A stretch of 64,000 bases of DNA from Novosphingobium sp. (GTDB lineage Bacteria; Pseudomonadota; Alphaproteobacteria; Sphingomonadales; Sphingomonadaceae). Positions 48,638 through 58,172 of the stretch are shown in pieces. Both the position numbers and the translations under genes were made by a program. How positions within the stretch are numbered: position 1 is the first letter of the stretch; each line of letters begins with the position of its first letter. Below the pieces are notes generated by a model. The model searched no databases. It had not been told where the DNA came from and saw nothing but the letters and a program-made list of their open reading frames with translations. The DNA is taken from the NCBI GenBank assembly GCA_031366845.1, contig JANLOZ010000257.1:728-64727 (forward strand), in the 5' to 3' direction.

Positions 48638-49977
48638 TACTTCGCCCGCGCCAGCTGCGCCCCGCCGGTGCGCTTGATTGTTGCTATCGCATAGGACAGC
48701 TGGAAGTCGGTGATGCCTTGGGCCTTCAGCTGTTCAGGCGTCTGCTTGAAGCGCGGGTCCTGCTTCGTGTCAGCTTCAAGCTTTTTGTCGTCCATCGAAA
48801 CTTCGTTGATCAAGTGCCCGCGCAGATCGCTTTCGCGTAGCGCCAGCTTGGCGCGCTTGGCAGCATCGGGATCAGAAAGCTGCGGCACGCGGATATCGGG
48901 TTCGATCCCGCCTTCCTGCACCGAGCGACCCGAGGGGGTGAAATAGCGCGCGGTGGTGAGCTTCACCGCATGGGTCCGGTCAAGCCGGATCATCGACTGA
49001 ACCGAGCCTTTGCCAAAGCTGCGCTCCCCCATCAGCAGCGCCCGGTGCTGATCCTGCAGCGCGCCGGCAACAATTTCCGAGGCTGATGCGGAGCCTGCAT
49101 CGATCAGCACGATGATCGGCATACCCTTGGCGGCATCGCCCTTGAATATCGATTCGGCGCGGTAGTACTCGTTTTCTGACGCGACCCGTCCGCGCTGCGA
49201 AACGATATCGCCTTGCGACACGAACAGATCGGACAGCGCGACGGCTTCATCGAGCGAGCCGCCGGGGTTCTGGCGAAGATCAAGCACCAGCCCGGTCATC
49301 TTTCCGGCGCTTTCCTTTTTCATATCGGCAATCGCCTGATTGACGAAATTGCCGACGTCCTTGCTGAATTCGTTGACGGTGATCACGCCAACCCCGTCGG
49401 TCAGCTTGTGGGTTACCGGCTCGAGCGAGATCACCGCGCGCGTTACAGTGATGTCGAGCGGCTCATCACGGCCGGGTCGGAAAATCGTCAGGCGGATCTT
49501 GGTGCCAGCCTCACCGCGCATCCGCGCCACGGCTTCATCGAGCGGAATGCCGTAGATCAGCTTGCCATCAAGGTGGGTAATGAAATCACCGGGCTTCACC
49601 CCCGCCGCTGCAGCCGGACTGCCGCGCATCGGCGAGACGACCTTGACCGTGTCCTGATCCTGCACCACCGAGAGCCCGAGCCCCGGATAGGATCCATCGA
49701 TCAGCGTATCGAGCCGCTGCAGGCTTTGCCCTTCGAGGTATTCCGAATGCGGATCAAGGCTGGCAAGCATGCCGTCAATCGCGCCCTTGACCAGCTTGTC
49801 ATCCTCGGTCTTGTCAACATAGTTGGCCTTGACCAGCTGATAGACGGTGAACAGCTTGCCGAAATCCGGCCCTGAACGACCATCGACTGCGGCGAGGCCA
49901 GCGGTTGCAGCCGGGAGCAACGACACCGCACCAACGAGCAGGGCGGCGCGGGTGAAGGCAGAGATTTTTCCAGCCAT
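48637..49977 (-). CDS. S41 family carboxy-terminal processing protease
   Basis: LDPHS, PDZ domain, LDLRQNPGG, SASASEIVAGALQD and SFGKGSVQ motifs. Confidence 0.95.
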   Translation of the reverse strand: MAGKISAFTRAALLVGAVSLLPAATAGLAAVDGRSGPDFGKLFTVYQLVKANYVDKTEDDKLVKGAIDGMLASLDPHSEYLEGQSLQRLDTLIDGSYPGLGLSVVQDQDTVKVVSPMRGSPAAAAGVKPGDFITHLDGKLIYGIPLDEAVARMRGEAGTKIRLTIFRPGRDEPLDITVTRAVISLEPVTHKLTDGVGVITVNEFSKDVGNFVNQAIADMKKESAGKMTGLVLDLRQNPGGSLDEAVALSDLFVSQGDIVSQRGRVASENEYYRAESIFKGDAAKGMPIIVLIDAGSASASEIVAGALQDQHRALLMGERSFGKGSVQSMIRLDRTHAVKLTTARYFTPSGRSVQEGGIEPDIRVPQLSDPDAAKRAKLALRESDLRGHLINEVSMDDKKLEADTKQDPRFKQTPEQLKAQGITDFQLSYAIATIKRTGGAQLARAK

Positions 49978-50061
49978 GGTTCGGTCTTTCGTGTGAATTC
50001 GCATCGATTCTATAGGCAGGCGCAGGTTAACGCCAGATGGCATGCAATGTCGTTGGTAGAA

Positions 50062-51282
50062 TCACTGCAATTTGGCGAAATCGAGCGGGTTCACCGCCTG
50101 GCCATCGTGCCGCAGTTCGAGGCTGACCATGGGGCGGCCCGGCCCGGTTATCCCGATCGGCGAGCCGGAAACCAGTTCATCGCCGACATGGGCATCAAGC
50201 TGTGAGAGACCGGTAATCAGGCTGGTCCAGCCATTGCCGTGATCGATGATGATGATCGCGCCATATCCGCGGTAGGGGCCGGCGAAAGCCACCCGGCCTG
50301 CTGATGGCGCAACAGCCTGTGCGCCAGACCCTGTTGCCAGCGCGATGCCACGCGAGGTGGTTGTACCCGGCGTGGACGCGCCGAAGCCTGCCACCAGGCG
50401 TCCTTGCACCGGGAGAATGAACGCGGGCGCCGATGTTGGCGCGGCCGATGGCGATAGTTCGCCGAAGCCCGGAACCTGCGCCAGCGCGGGATTGTCCGGG
50501 CGAATCACCGGTCCGGGCAGCCGCATCAGTTCGGTGCGCAGCGCGCCTGCGCGGCCAAGATCGGCGGTCAGGGCATCAAGATCGCGCGCCTGTTCGGCAA
50601 GGCTGAGGGCATGTTCGGCCTCGCGGTCAGCATTGCCGCTTGCCGAACGCAGCGACAGGCGCTGCTGGGTTTCGAGCGACACCAGCGTTTGCCGCCGCTG
50701 GCCGAGTTCGGCCTGTTCGGTCCCCAGCGCGACCAGCGCGGCTTGCGCACGGGCTTTAAGCGCTTTGCCCTTGGCAATCTCGCCGCGCAGCGCGGCGGTG
50801 CGCTGCTGCACCTGCGGCAGCATGGTATCGAGCATCGCTCGCATATGCATCGAATCGCGCAAGGATCCCGGGCGCAGCAAGGCAAAGACCATCGGGCGGC
50901 GCGACAGCCGCTCAAGTGCGCCGGTAAGCCGCACGACCGGCACCTGGCGCGCGGCGAGCTTGGCACGAAGCGCCTCACGCTGTTTGTCGATCAGGCGAAT
51001 ATCGGCCTGACGCGCGGCAACTTCGGCCTGGGTTTCCTGAATCCGCGCGGCGGCTGCGGCGGCCTGTTGCCCGGTGCGGTCCGCCGCTGCTCCGGCCTCG
51101 GCCGCCTGCTTTTCGAGGCCCTCGGCGCGGGCACGGGCGGCGGCACTTTGCTGCTGGGCTTCGATCAGCGCGGCGCGCGCCTCGCCTACGTCGGTGATAT
51201 CGGCGCTTTGCTGCGCACCGAGCGATACCGCGAAGACCGCGAGCGCCACACAGGTTGCAGATAGGACAGGAAAGATGCGCAT
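50062..51282 (-). CDS. envC: murein hydrolase activator EnvC family
   Basis: Signal peptide, long coiled coil and a degenerate M23 domain (FAGPYRGYG...IIDHGNG, no Zn ligands). Confidence 0.87.
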   Translation of the reverse strand: MRIFPVLSATCVALAVFAVSLGAQQSADITDVGEARAALIEAQQQSAAARARAEGLEKQAAEAGAAADRTGQQAAAAAARIQETQAEVAARQADIRLIDKQREALRAKLAARQVPVVRLTGALERLSRRPMVFALLRPGSLRDSMHMRAMLDTMLPQVQQRTAALRGEIAKGKALKARAQAALVALGTEQAELGQRRQTLVSLETQQRLSLRSASGNADREAEHALSLAEQARDLDALTADLGRAGALRTELMRLPGPVIRPDNPALAQVPGFGELSPSAAPTSAPAFILPVQGRLVAGFGASTPGTTTSRGIALATGSGAQAVAPSAGRVAFAGPYRGYGAIIIIDHGNGWTSLITGLSQLDAHVGDELVSGSPIGITGPGRPMVSLELRHDGQAVNPLDFAKLQ

Positions 51283-51291
51283 TGGCCGCCC

Positions 51292-51717
51292 TTATCCTGA
51301 ACGGTGATAGGGATGACCAGCCAAAATGCTCGTGGCCCGCCACAATTGTTCGGCGAGCATCGCGCGGGCGAGCATGTGCGGCCAGGTCATGCCGCCAAAA
51401 GCGATCAGCAGATCAGCCGAATCGCGCAAGGGGCCAGCGTGGCCATCCGCCGCGCCGATCATGAACCGCGCTTCGCGCACGCCATCGTCGCGCCAGCGCC
51501 CGAGCAAGGCAGCGAAGGCCTCGGACGACATCTGCTGCCCGCGCTCATCGAGCAGCACATCGCGCGCCGGCGTCATCGCGGGCGGAGGGATAGCCCCGCC
51601 CACATCGGGCAGTTCGGTCAGCTTGAAAGGCCAGGTAATGCGCTTGATGTAACGATCAACCAACTCCCCCTCGGGCGAGCGGCCGATTTTGCCCCGCGCA
51701 ATAATGTGGAGCCTCAC
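51292..51717 (-). CDS. rlmH: 23S rRNA pseudouridine1915 N3-methyltransferase
   Basis: LLDERG, FMIGAADG, TWPHMLARAMLAEQLWRA and GHPYHR motifs. Confidence 0.94.
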   Translation of the reverse strand: MRLHIIARGKIGRSPEGELVDRYIKRITWPFKLTELPDVGGAIPPPAMTPARDVLLDERGQQMSSEAFAALLGRWRDDGVREARFMIGAADGHAGPLRDSADLLIAFGGMTWPHMLARAMLAEQLWRATSILAGHPYHRSG

Positions 51718-52109
51718 GCGGCTCCCGCGTCGCCGAATCCCCACATCCGTTCAAGGTTGTAGAAAGTGCGCACTTCGGGGCGGAACAGGTGGATGACGAC
51801 ATCGCCGGCATCGACGAGCACCCAGTCAGCGGCGGGCAAGCCTTCGATCCGCACATGGCCAAAGCCGCCGTGCTTGATCCGTTCAGCCAGCTTTTGCGCC
51901 AGTGCTGCAACTTGCCGGGTTGAACGACCCGAGGCGATCACCATGTGATCGGCAATCGTCGATTTGCCTTCGAGCGGGATCGAGACGATCTCCTGCGCCT
52001 GATCATCGTCGAGCGAAGCCAGCACGAGGGCGTGAAGCGAACCCGGCTCGGAAGCGGGAAGCGGAGGGGCAGCGCCAGTAGAAACTGGCTCTGATTGAAC
52101 TTGTGTCAT
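51714..52109 (-). CDS. rsfS: ribosome silencing factor
   Basis: SLDDDQAQEI, IASGRSTRQV, WVLVDAGDVVIHLF and YNLERMW motifs. Confidence 0.94.
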   Translation of the reverse strand: MTQVQSEPVSTGAAPPLPASEPGSLHALVLASLDDDQAQEIVSIPLEGKSTIADHMVIASGRSTRQVAALAQKLAERIKHGGFGHVRIEGLPAADWVLVDAGDVVIHLFRPEVRTFYNLERMWGFGDAGAA

Positions 52110-52801
52110 TGCGGGGAAATCGGCTCCTTTGGCCGCGATTGGCTGATAGGTTGGTGGGTGATGTCGTCGCGAAGCGAGCGGACGGAAAGGCGGCTGGCCC
52201 AGCTTGGGTCGGCGCGGCGAATGGCAGTTGCCGAACGCGAATCGGGATCGAATCGCAGGATCACCAGCGCAGGCGCGCTCCATCTAACCGGGCTCTTCAG
52301 ACTGGCAGCAGACCGCCGGTAACGGGTGAGCCAGGCCATGGCGGGGCTCGCCAGTGCAGCGCTATCATAGCCCGGACGCGCGATAACAGCAATCGGAACG
52401 TAACGCGCCAGCTTTCGCCACTGCCGCCAGCGGTGAAACTGCACAAGATTGTCTGCCCCCATCACCCAGATGAAGCGCCGTTTGGGCCAGCGGCGGACGA
52501 TTTTGGCCACGGTATCGACGGTGAACCGGGTGCCGAGATCGCGCTCAATCGTGGTAACCCGAATCGGTGCGCGGCGCGCCTGTGCCAGCGCCGAGGCATA
52601 GCGGGCCGGCAAGGCCGCCATGCCCGGCACCGGCTTGAGCGGATTGCCCGGCGAAACCAGCCACCAGACTTCATCAAGGCCAAGCGCCTCGCGGACGAAA
52701 AGGCTGATCCGCCGATGCCCGCCATGGGCTGGGTTAAAACTGCCCCCGAGGATTCCCGTGACGATCAGGGGCGGACCTGCCCGGTGCCCCGGACCAGCCA
52801 T
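52106..52801 (-). CDS. nadD: nicotinate-nucleotide adenylyltransferase
   Basis: GILGGSFNPAHGGH, WWLVSPGNPLK, WVMGADNL and SATAIR motifs. Start uncertain. Confidence 0.93.
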   Translation of the reverse strand: MAGPGHRAGPPLIVTGILGGSFNPAHGGHRRISLFVREALGLDEVWWLVSPGNPLKPVPGMAALPARYASALAQARRAPIRVTTIERDLGTRFTVDTVAKIVRRWPKRRFIWVMGADNLVQFHRWRQWRKLARYVPIAVIARPGYDSAALASPAMAWLTRYRRSAASLKSPVRWSAPALVILRFDPDSRSATAIRRADPSWASRLSVRSLRDDITHQPISQSRPKEPISPQ

Positions 52802-54048
52802 TTGTATGTCGTCAGCCCTTCAAGCGCCACGGGGCCGCGCGCGTGCAGCCGCCCGGTGGCGATGCCGATCTCTGCGCCCAGACCGAACTGCCCGCCATCG
52901 GCAAATTGCGAACTGGCATTGACCATGACGATTGCCGAATCGACCTCGGCGAGGAAGCGCTCGGCGACCTCGGCATTATCGGTGACGATGGCATCGGTGT
53001 GGTTCGACGAATGGCGGGCGATGTGAACCAGCGCGGCGTCGAGGCCATCGACCACTGCGACCGCGAGAATGGCATCAAGGTATTCGCAGTCCCAGTCATT
53101 GGCGCTGGCCGGGGTAATCCGCGCGTCGAGGGCGCATGCACGGGCATCTCCGCGCAGCGCGCACCCGCTGTCGAGCAAGGCTGTCACGGCGGCCTGTGCG
53201 TCGGGAAACCGGGCATCGATCAGCAGCGTTTCCATCGACCCGCAAACCCCGGTGCGGCGCATCTTGGCGTTGAGCGCGATGGCTTGCGCCATTGCCGGAT
53301 TGGCGGCGGAATGAATGTAGGTATGGCAATTGCCATCGAGATGCGCGAGCACCGGAACCCTTGCGTCGGCCTGAACCCGCGCCACCAGATTTTTGCCGCC
53401 GCGCGGGACGATCATGTCGATCAGGCCAGCGGCGGCGAGCATTGCACCGACAGCGGCGCGGTCCTGCGTCGGCACCAGTTGCACCGCACCTTCGGGCGCG
53501 CCTGCTTGGCTGAGTCCGCGCGTGAATGCGGTATGGATCGCACGATTGGAATTCACTGCCTCGGTGCCTCCGCGCAGCAGCACCGCATTGCCCGAGCGGA
53601 AGCACAGCCCAGCCGCATCGGCGGTGACATTGGGGCGGCTTTCGTAAATGATCCCGATCAGGCCGATCGGCACACGGATCCGGCTAAGCGCGAGGCCGCT
53701 CGGCGGGGTCGACGAATCGATTATCTGACCCACCGGATCGGGCAGTGCGGCGACGGCATCAACCGCCCCCGCCATGTCGGCCAGCCGTTCAGCATCGAGC
53801 CGCAGCCGGTCGAGCATCGCGTCTGAAAGCCCCGCCGCTTCGGCCGCCGCAATATCGCGCGCATTGGCAGCGAGAATCAGGCTTTCATCAGCGCGCAAAG
53901 CTGCGGCCGCACCGCGCAGGGCCGCCGCTTTGGCCGCATCGTTCATCAATCCGAGCTGGCGCTGCGCCGAACGCCCGGCCCGCGCGAGGCCTTCAATCAG
54001 CGCGTCGGGCGAAAGGTCTTGCGGGGCAGGATTGGTGGATGCGGACAT
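52765..54048 (-). CDS. proA: glutamate-5-semialdehyde dehydrogenase
   Basis: IGIIYESRPNVT, VPRGGKNL, GVCGSMETLL and FADGGQFGLGAEIGIAT motifs. Confidence 0.97.
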   Translation of the reverse strand: MSASTNPAPQDLSPDALIEGLARAGRSAQRQLGLMNDAAKAAALRGAAAALRADESLILAANARDIAAAEAAGLSDAMLDRLRLDAERLADMAGAVDAVAALPDPVGQIIDSSTPPSGLALSRIRVPIGLIGIIYESRPNVTADAAGLCFRSGNAVLLRGGTEAVNSNRAIHTAFTRGLSQAGAPEGAVQLVPTQDRAAVGAMLAAAGLIDMIVPRGGKNLVARVQADARVPVLAHLDGNCHTYIHSAANPAMAQAIALNAKMRRTGVCGSMETLLIDARFPDAQAAVTALLDSGCALRGDARACALDARITPASANDWDCEYLDAILAVAVVDGLDAALVHIARHSSNHTDAIVTDNAEVAERFLAEVDSAIVMVNASSQFADGGQFGLGAEIGIATGRLHARGPVALEGLTTYKWLVRGTGQVRP

Positions 54049-54266
54049 GGCCTCGGCCGCCTATCACCTGCCCACGCAATTGTCAGCCGCCGATTCGTTT
54101 TCGCGCGCGAACGCACGAGAATGACACCGGTTGCAAAAGGTTAAAATCCGTTCATCGCAAGACTCGTTCGGTTCGGCGCGAGTCCGCCAAACGCGAGTCG
54201 CCATCGCCCGCTTCACCTGTTAGCGGCGCCCCCGGACAGAAGCATAAGATTATCTGGGGTCGAGTT

Positions 54267-55421
54267 TTGCAGAAAATTGCCGGCGGGACGCTGCAGCAGC
54301 GTCTGCGGACATGGTTTCCTGACCGTGAGTTCTTCATGCGGTCAAATGGACAAGTTCGTTTCATCAAGATCTCGACCAGGTTGCAGGCCACCGCCGCAGC
54401 GATTACCGCTGCGCTGCTGCTGGCATGGGTTGTGACCATGGCGGTAATGGCGGTCAGCTCGTATGTTTCAGCGCGTGACCGGATTTCGCTGCTTGCGCGT
54501 GAAGCGCAGGTCACCAGTGCTGAAAACCGGGTCTCGACCTATCGCGGCAATCTGAAGGGCGTGGCCGACGATCTGCAGCGGCGGCAGGATTTCATCGAGA
54601 AAATGGTCGGCACGCTGCCGCAAGACGTCAAGCAGGGCGAAACTGTTTCCAATTCGGACGGTGAAGCCGCCAAGACCGTCGACAAGGTCAGTCTGTCGAT
54701 CCCCGAAGCAGCCCCGCTCGCGCGGCTCGAAGCGCGCCAGCTTTCGTTCGTTGAAGGCCTGACCCGTCTGGCAGACCGCCGCGCCGCCGCCGCCGAAGCG
54801 GCCATCCGCAAGCTGGGCCTCAATCCCGATACCATGCTGGCGATGGCCAATGACAAGACCGCGATGGGTGGTCCTCTGCTCGGCATGGCAACATCGGCCG
54901 ACGGTTCGATCGACCCGCGCTTTCAGCGCCTCGGTGCCAGCCTCGCGCGGATGGAAGCCCTGCAGCGCGGGATGATCGGCATTCCCAACGTGCTGCCTGC
55001 AAGCCTCGACTATATCTCGTCCGGTTTTGGCTATCGTTCTGATCCGTTCACTGGCGCAGGCGCGTTCCACCCGGGGCTCGATTTCAAGGGACCATTGGGC
55101 GCGCCGATCTATGCTGCGGCGAAGGGCGCTGTCAGCTTTGTCGGTCAGCGTTCGGGTTACGGAAACTGCGTCGAGGTCGATCACGGCAACGGCCTGGTAA
55201 CCCGCTATGCCCACATGTCGGGCTTCCGCACGACGCTCGGCAAGGCAGTTGGTGCGGGTGAGCAGATCGGCGTGATTGGCAGCACCGGGCGCTCGACCGG
55301 GCCGCACCTGCATTTTGAAGTTCGCATCAACGATCAGGCGGTCAATCCGCGCCCGTTTCTGGAGTCTGCTCCCCATGTTCTCGAAGAAGCCCGAAGCGCC
55401 GACGCGGCCTTCCGCAAATAG
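54267..55421 (+). CDS. membrane-anchored M23 endopeptidase (LmdC-like), partner of bactofilin
   Basis: N-terminal WFPDREFFMRSNGQVRF, TM helix, coiled coil, FHPGLD and STGPHLHFE. The TTG start at 54267 is an estimate. Confidence 0.87.
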   Translation: MQKIAGGTLQQRLRTWFPDREFFMRSNGQVRFIKISTRLQATAAAITAALLLAWVVTMAVMAVSSYVSARDRISLLAREAQVTSAENRVSTYRGNLKGVADDLQRRQDFIEKMVGTLPQDVKQGETVSNSDGEAAKTVDKVSLSIPEAAPLARLEARQLSFVEGLTRLADRRAAAAEAAIRKLGLNPDTMLAMANDKTAMGGPLLGMATSADGSIDPRFQRLGASLARMEALQRGMIGIPNVLPASLDYISSGFGYRSDPFTGAGAFHPGLDFKGPLGAPIYAAAKGAVSFVGQRSGYGNCVEVDHGNGLVTRYAHMSGFRTTLGKAVGAGEQIGVIGSTGRSTGPHLHFEVRINDQAVNPRPFLESAPHVLEEARSADAAFRK

Positions 55422-55791
55422 TGCGATGAAGGGCTCGACATTCTCCGTGCTCGGCACCGATGTGGTGATCAAGGGCAACCTTTCGGCCAAGGCCGAACTG
55501 CACGTTGACGGCAAGGTTGAGGGCGATATCGCCTGCGTCAGTCTGGTTCAGGGCGAGGCCAGCGAAATTATCGGCGCGGTAACGGCGCAGACCGCACGCC
55601 TGGCCGGCACGGTCAAAGGCTCAGTGAACGCCGCCGAACTGGTGATCCTCAAATCCGCGCGGATCGAAGGCGATGTATTCTATGACGCGCTGACCATCGA
55701 GCAGGGCGCGCAGGTAGACGGCAAATTCGCCCACCGCGAACCCGAGCGCGAAGCCAAACTGGCGCTCGCCGGCGGCACAGCGGCGATCTGA
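55375..55791 (+). CDS. bactofilin (polymer-forming cytoskeletal protein)
   Basis: MFSKK N-terminus and beta-helix motifs SVLGTDVVIKG, LHVDGKVEGDI, ARIEGDVFY; overlaps the M23 gene by 47 nt. Confidence 0.92.
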   Translation: MFSKKPEAPTRPSANSAMKGSTFSVLGTDVVIKGNLSAKAELHVDGKVEGDIACVSLVQGEASEIIGAVTAQTARLAGTVKGSVNAAELVILKSARIEGDVFYDALTIEQGAQVDGKFAHREPEREAKLALAGGTAAI

Positions 55792-55856
55792 GGCTCGCTT
55801 TTGGGGTTGAATTCCCTTGGTTGCGGCTGGTTATATAATGCCGCACTCACCCAATC

Positions 55857-56852
55857 TTAGGCGTGATAGGCCATATACCACGCGACAAACCGCGGCACGC
55901 CTACTTCGATCATCGTCGCGGGCTTGTAGCCCAGGTCGCCATTGATCGCGTCGATGTCAGCATAGGATTTGGGCACGTCTCCCGCCTGCATCGGCTGGAG
56001 GTCGATGATCGCCTTCTTGCCCAGCTGTTCCTCAAGGATGGCGATCACCTTCATCAGGTGCTCGCTCTGGTTGTTGCCGATGTTGTAGAGCCGGTGCGGG
56101 TTGGTGCTGCCGCCTGCCTTTACCGCGCCGTCATCGGGCGGCGGATTATCCAGGCAGGCAATAACCCCGGCGATGATGTCGTCGACGAAAGTGAAATCGC
56201 GCCACATATCGCCATTGTTGAACACCGGGATTGGCTTTCCTGCGAGGATCTTTTTGGTGAAGATCCACATCATCATGTCAGGCCGACCCCAGGGGCCATA
56301 GACGGTGAAAAAGCGCAGGCCGGTGAGCGGCAGGCGGTAAAGGTTGGCGTAGGTTTCGCTCATCAGTTCGGCGGATTTCTTGGTCGCGGCGTAAAGCGAG
56401 AGCGGCTGGTCGACGCGGTCTTCAACCGAAAACGGCAGCTTGGTATTGCCGCCATAGACCGAGCTCGAGCTGGCATAGACCATGTGCGAAAGCCCGCGGT
56501 GGCGCGAGACTTCGAGCAGGTTGAGGTGCCCTGCAAGGTTTGAATGCAGATAGGCGTGCGGGTTTTCAATCGAGTAGCGAACGCCGGCCTGTGCGCCCAG
56601 GTGCGCAACGCGATCGAACTTCATGCCGTCCAGCGCGGCGACCAATCCGGGATAGTCACCGAAATCCTGCCGCACAAAGGTGAAGCGGTCACCGCCTTCC
56701 TCGCGCAGTTTTGCCACGCGGGCCTCTTTCAGCTTCACATCGTAATAGTCATTGACGACATCGACGCCGATCACCGAATCCCCGCGCGCCAACAGTTTGC
56801 GGGCGAGGCTGAAGCCGACGAATCCGGCTGATCCGGTTACAAGTACGCGCAT
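55857..56852 (-). CDS. NAD-dependent epimerase (UDP-glucuronate 4-epimerase-like)
   Basis: VTGSAGFVG, HLGAQAGVRYS, YAATKK and RFFTVYGPWGRPDM motifs. Confidence 0.92.
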   Translation of the reverse strand: MRVLVTGSAGFVGFSLARKLLARGDSVIGVDVVNDYYDVKLKEARVAKLREEGGDRFTFVRQDFGDYPGLVAALDGMKFDRVAHLGAQAGVRYSIENPHAYLHSNLAGHLNLLEVSRHRGLSHMVYASSSSVYGGNTKLPFSVEDRVDQPLSLYAATKKSAELMSETYANLYRLPLTGLRFFTVYGPWGRPDMMMWIFTKKILAGKPIPVFNNGDMWRDFTFVDDIIAGVIACLDNPPPDDGAVKAGGSTNPHRLYNIGNNQSEHLMKVIAILEEQLGKKAIIDLQPMQAGDVPKSYADIDAINGDLGYKPATMIEVGVPRFVAWYMAYHA

Positions 56853-56875
56853 GGATTTCCCTTATTCCCCGCCGC

Positions 56876-58147
56876 TCACAGCGTCCAGTCAGCGGCGCCG
56901 CCCAGCGCGCCTTTGAGATCGGCGAGCGTTCCGCCGGGTGCGACAAGGGCACGCAAGGCAGGCGCGCCCAACGCCAGATATTCGCGGTGCGGCACGGCGA
57001 GCAGCACCAGGTCGTGGCTGCCCCTCGGCGCGCCGCCTGCCAGATCGAGCCCGTATTCATGGTGCGCCTCAGCCACATCGGCGTGGGGGTCGTGGACTTC
57101 CACCGCGTGGCCATGCGCCTTGAGCGCGGCGATCAAATCAGCCACTTTGCTGTTGCGCAGATCGGGCACGTCTTCCTTGAAGGTCAGCCCCAGCACCAGC
57201 ACTGACCCAGGATTACCGCCGCGCGCGCCGTGCAATTGCCCGCCGACCCATGCCGCCATCGCGTCGTTCACCCCGCGCCCGGCAAGGATCACCTGCGGAT
57301 CGAGCCCCAATTCCTCGGCGCGGTGCGAGAGATAGTAGGGATCGACCCCGATGCAGTGCCCGCCGACGAGTCCGGGGGCGAAAGGCAGGAAGTTCCACTT
57401 GGTCCGCGCTGCGGCCAGAACATCCCACACCGAAAGGTCCATCGCCGAGAAAATCCGGGCGATTTCATTCATGAAGGCGATGTTGATGTCGCGTTGGGCG
57501 TTCTCGATCACCTTGGCGGCTTCGGCGGCCTTGATTGATGCCGCGCGAAATACCCCGCCGCTGGTAATCGCGCCATAGAGCGCCGCCACCCGTTCGAGCA
57601 CCTCGGGCGTCTGCCCGGAAACCACCTTGGTGATCTTGTCGATGGTATGTTCGCGGTCACCCGGATTGATGCGTTCGGGGCTGTAGCCGAGGAAGAAGTC
57701 CTTGCCGCAAACAAGCCCCGAAACCGCCTCCAGAATCGGTGCGCAGATGTCTTCGGTGACGCCGGGATAGACCGTGCTTTCATAGACCACGATGGGCAGA
57801 CGGCCCTCGGCCACGGCGGCGGGCAGCATCGCGCCGACAGTGCGGCTGGCGGCCCTGACAATGCCCAGGTCCGGCCGGTTGGCCGCGTCAATCGGCGTCG
57901 GCACGGTGACGATGATGAAATCGGCTGGCGGGCATTGGGCAGGATCGGCGGTGAGCGTCAGCGCGCTTGCTGCCAGACGATCCGCATCGATCTCGCCGGT
58001 GCGGTCATGACCGGCCATCAGCTCGGAAATCCGCCGCGTATCAACGTCGAGCCCGCAGGTGGCAAACTGCCGGGCGAGCGCCACCGCGAGCGGCAACCCG
58101 ACATAGCCGAGCCCGATCACGGTCACGCGTGGAGAAGCAGCAGTCAT
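56876..58147 (-). CDS. nucleotide sugar dehydrogenase (TviB/WbpO-like UDP-HexNAc 6-dehydrogenase)
   Basis: IGLGYVGLPLA, YESTVYPG, YSPERINPGD, PGLVGGHCIGVDPYY and TFKEDVPDLRNS motifs. Confidence 0.92.
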   Translation of the reverse strand: MTAASPRVTVIGLGYVGLPLAVALARQFATCGLDVDTRRISELMAGHDRTGEIDADRLAASALTLTADPAQCPPADFIIVTVPTPIDAANRPDLGIVRAASRTVGAMLPAAVAEGRLPIVVYESTVYPGVTEDICAPILEAVSGLVCGKDFFLGYSPERINPGDREHTIDKITKVVSGQTPEVLERVAALYGAITSGGVFRAASIKAAEAAKVIENAQRDINIAFMNEIARIFSAMDLSVWDVLAAARTKWNFLPFAPGLVGGHCIGVDPYYLSHRAEELGLDPQVILAGRGVNDAMAAWVGGQLHGARGGNPGSVLVLGLTFKEDVPDLRNSKVADLIAALKAHGHAVEVHDPHADVAEAHHEYGLDLAGGAPRGSHDLVLLAVPHREYLALGAPALRALVAPGGTLADLKGALGGAADWTL

Positions 58148-58172
58148 CGAAATCCCTTATTGTCCCAGCAGC

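Noticed and set aside
54131-54154. TTGC/TTAA/TTCA at 10-bp spacing upstream of the M23-bactofilin pair
   Set aside because: N6 spacing does not fit CtrA; only a half site is present.
53745-54266. N-terminal 174 codons of the 558-aa M23 ORF
   Set aside because: This part overlaps proA antisense and is low-complexity; the recognisable protein begins near 54267.
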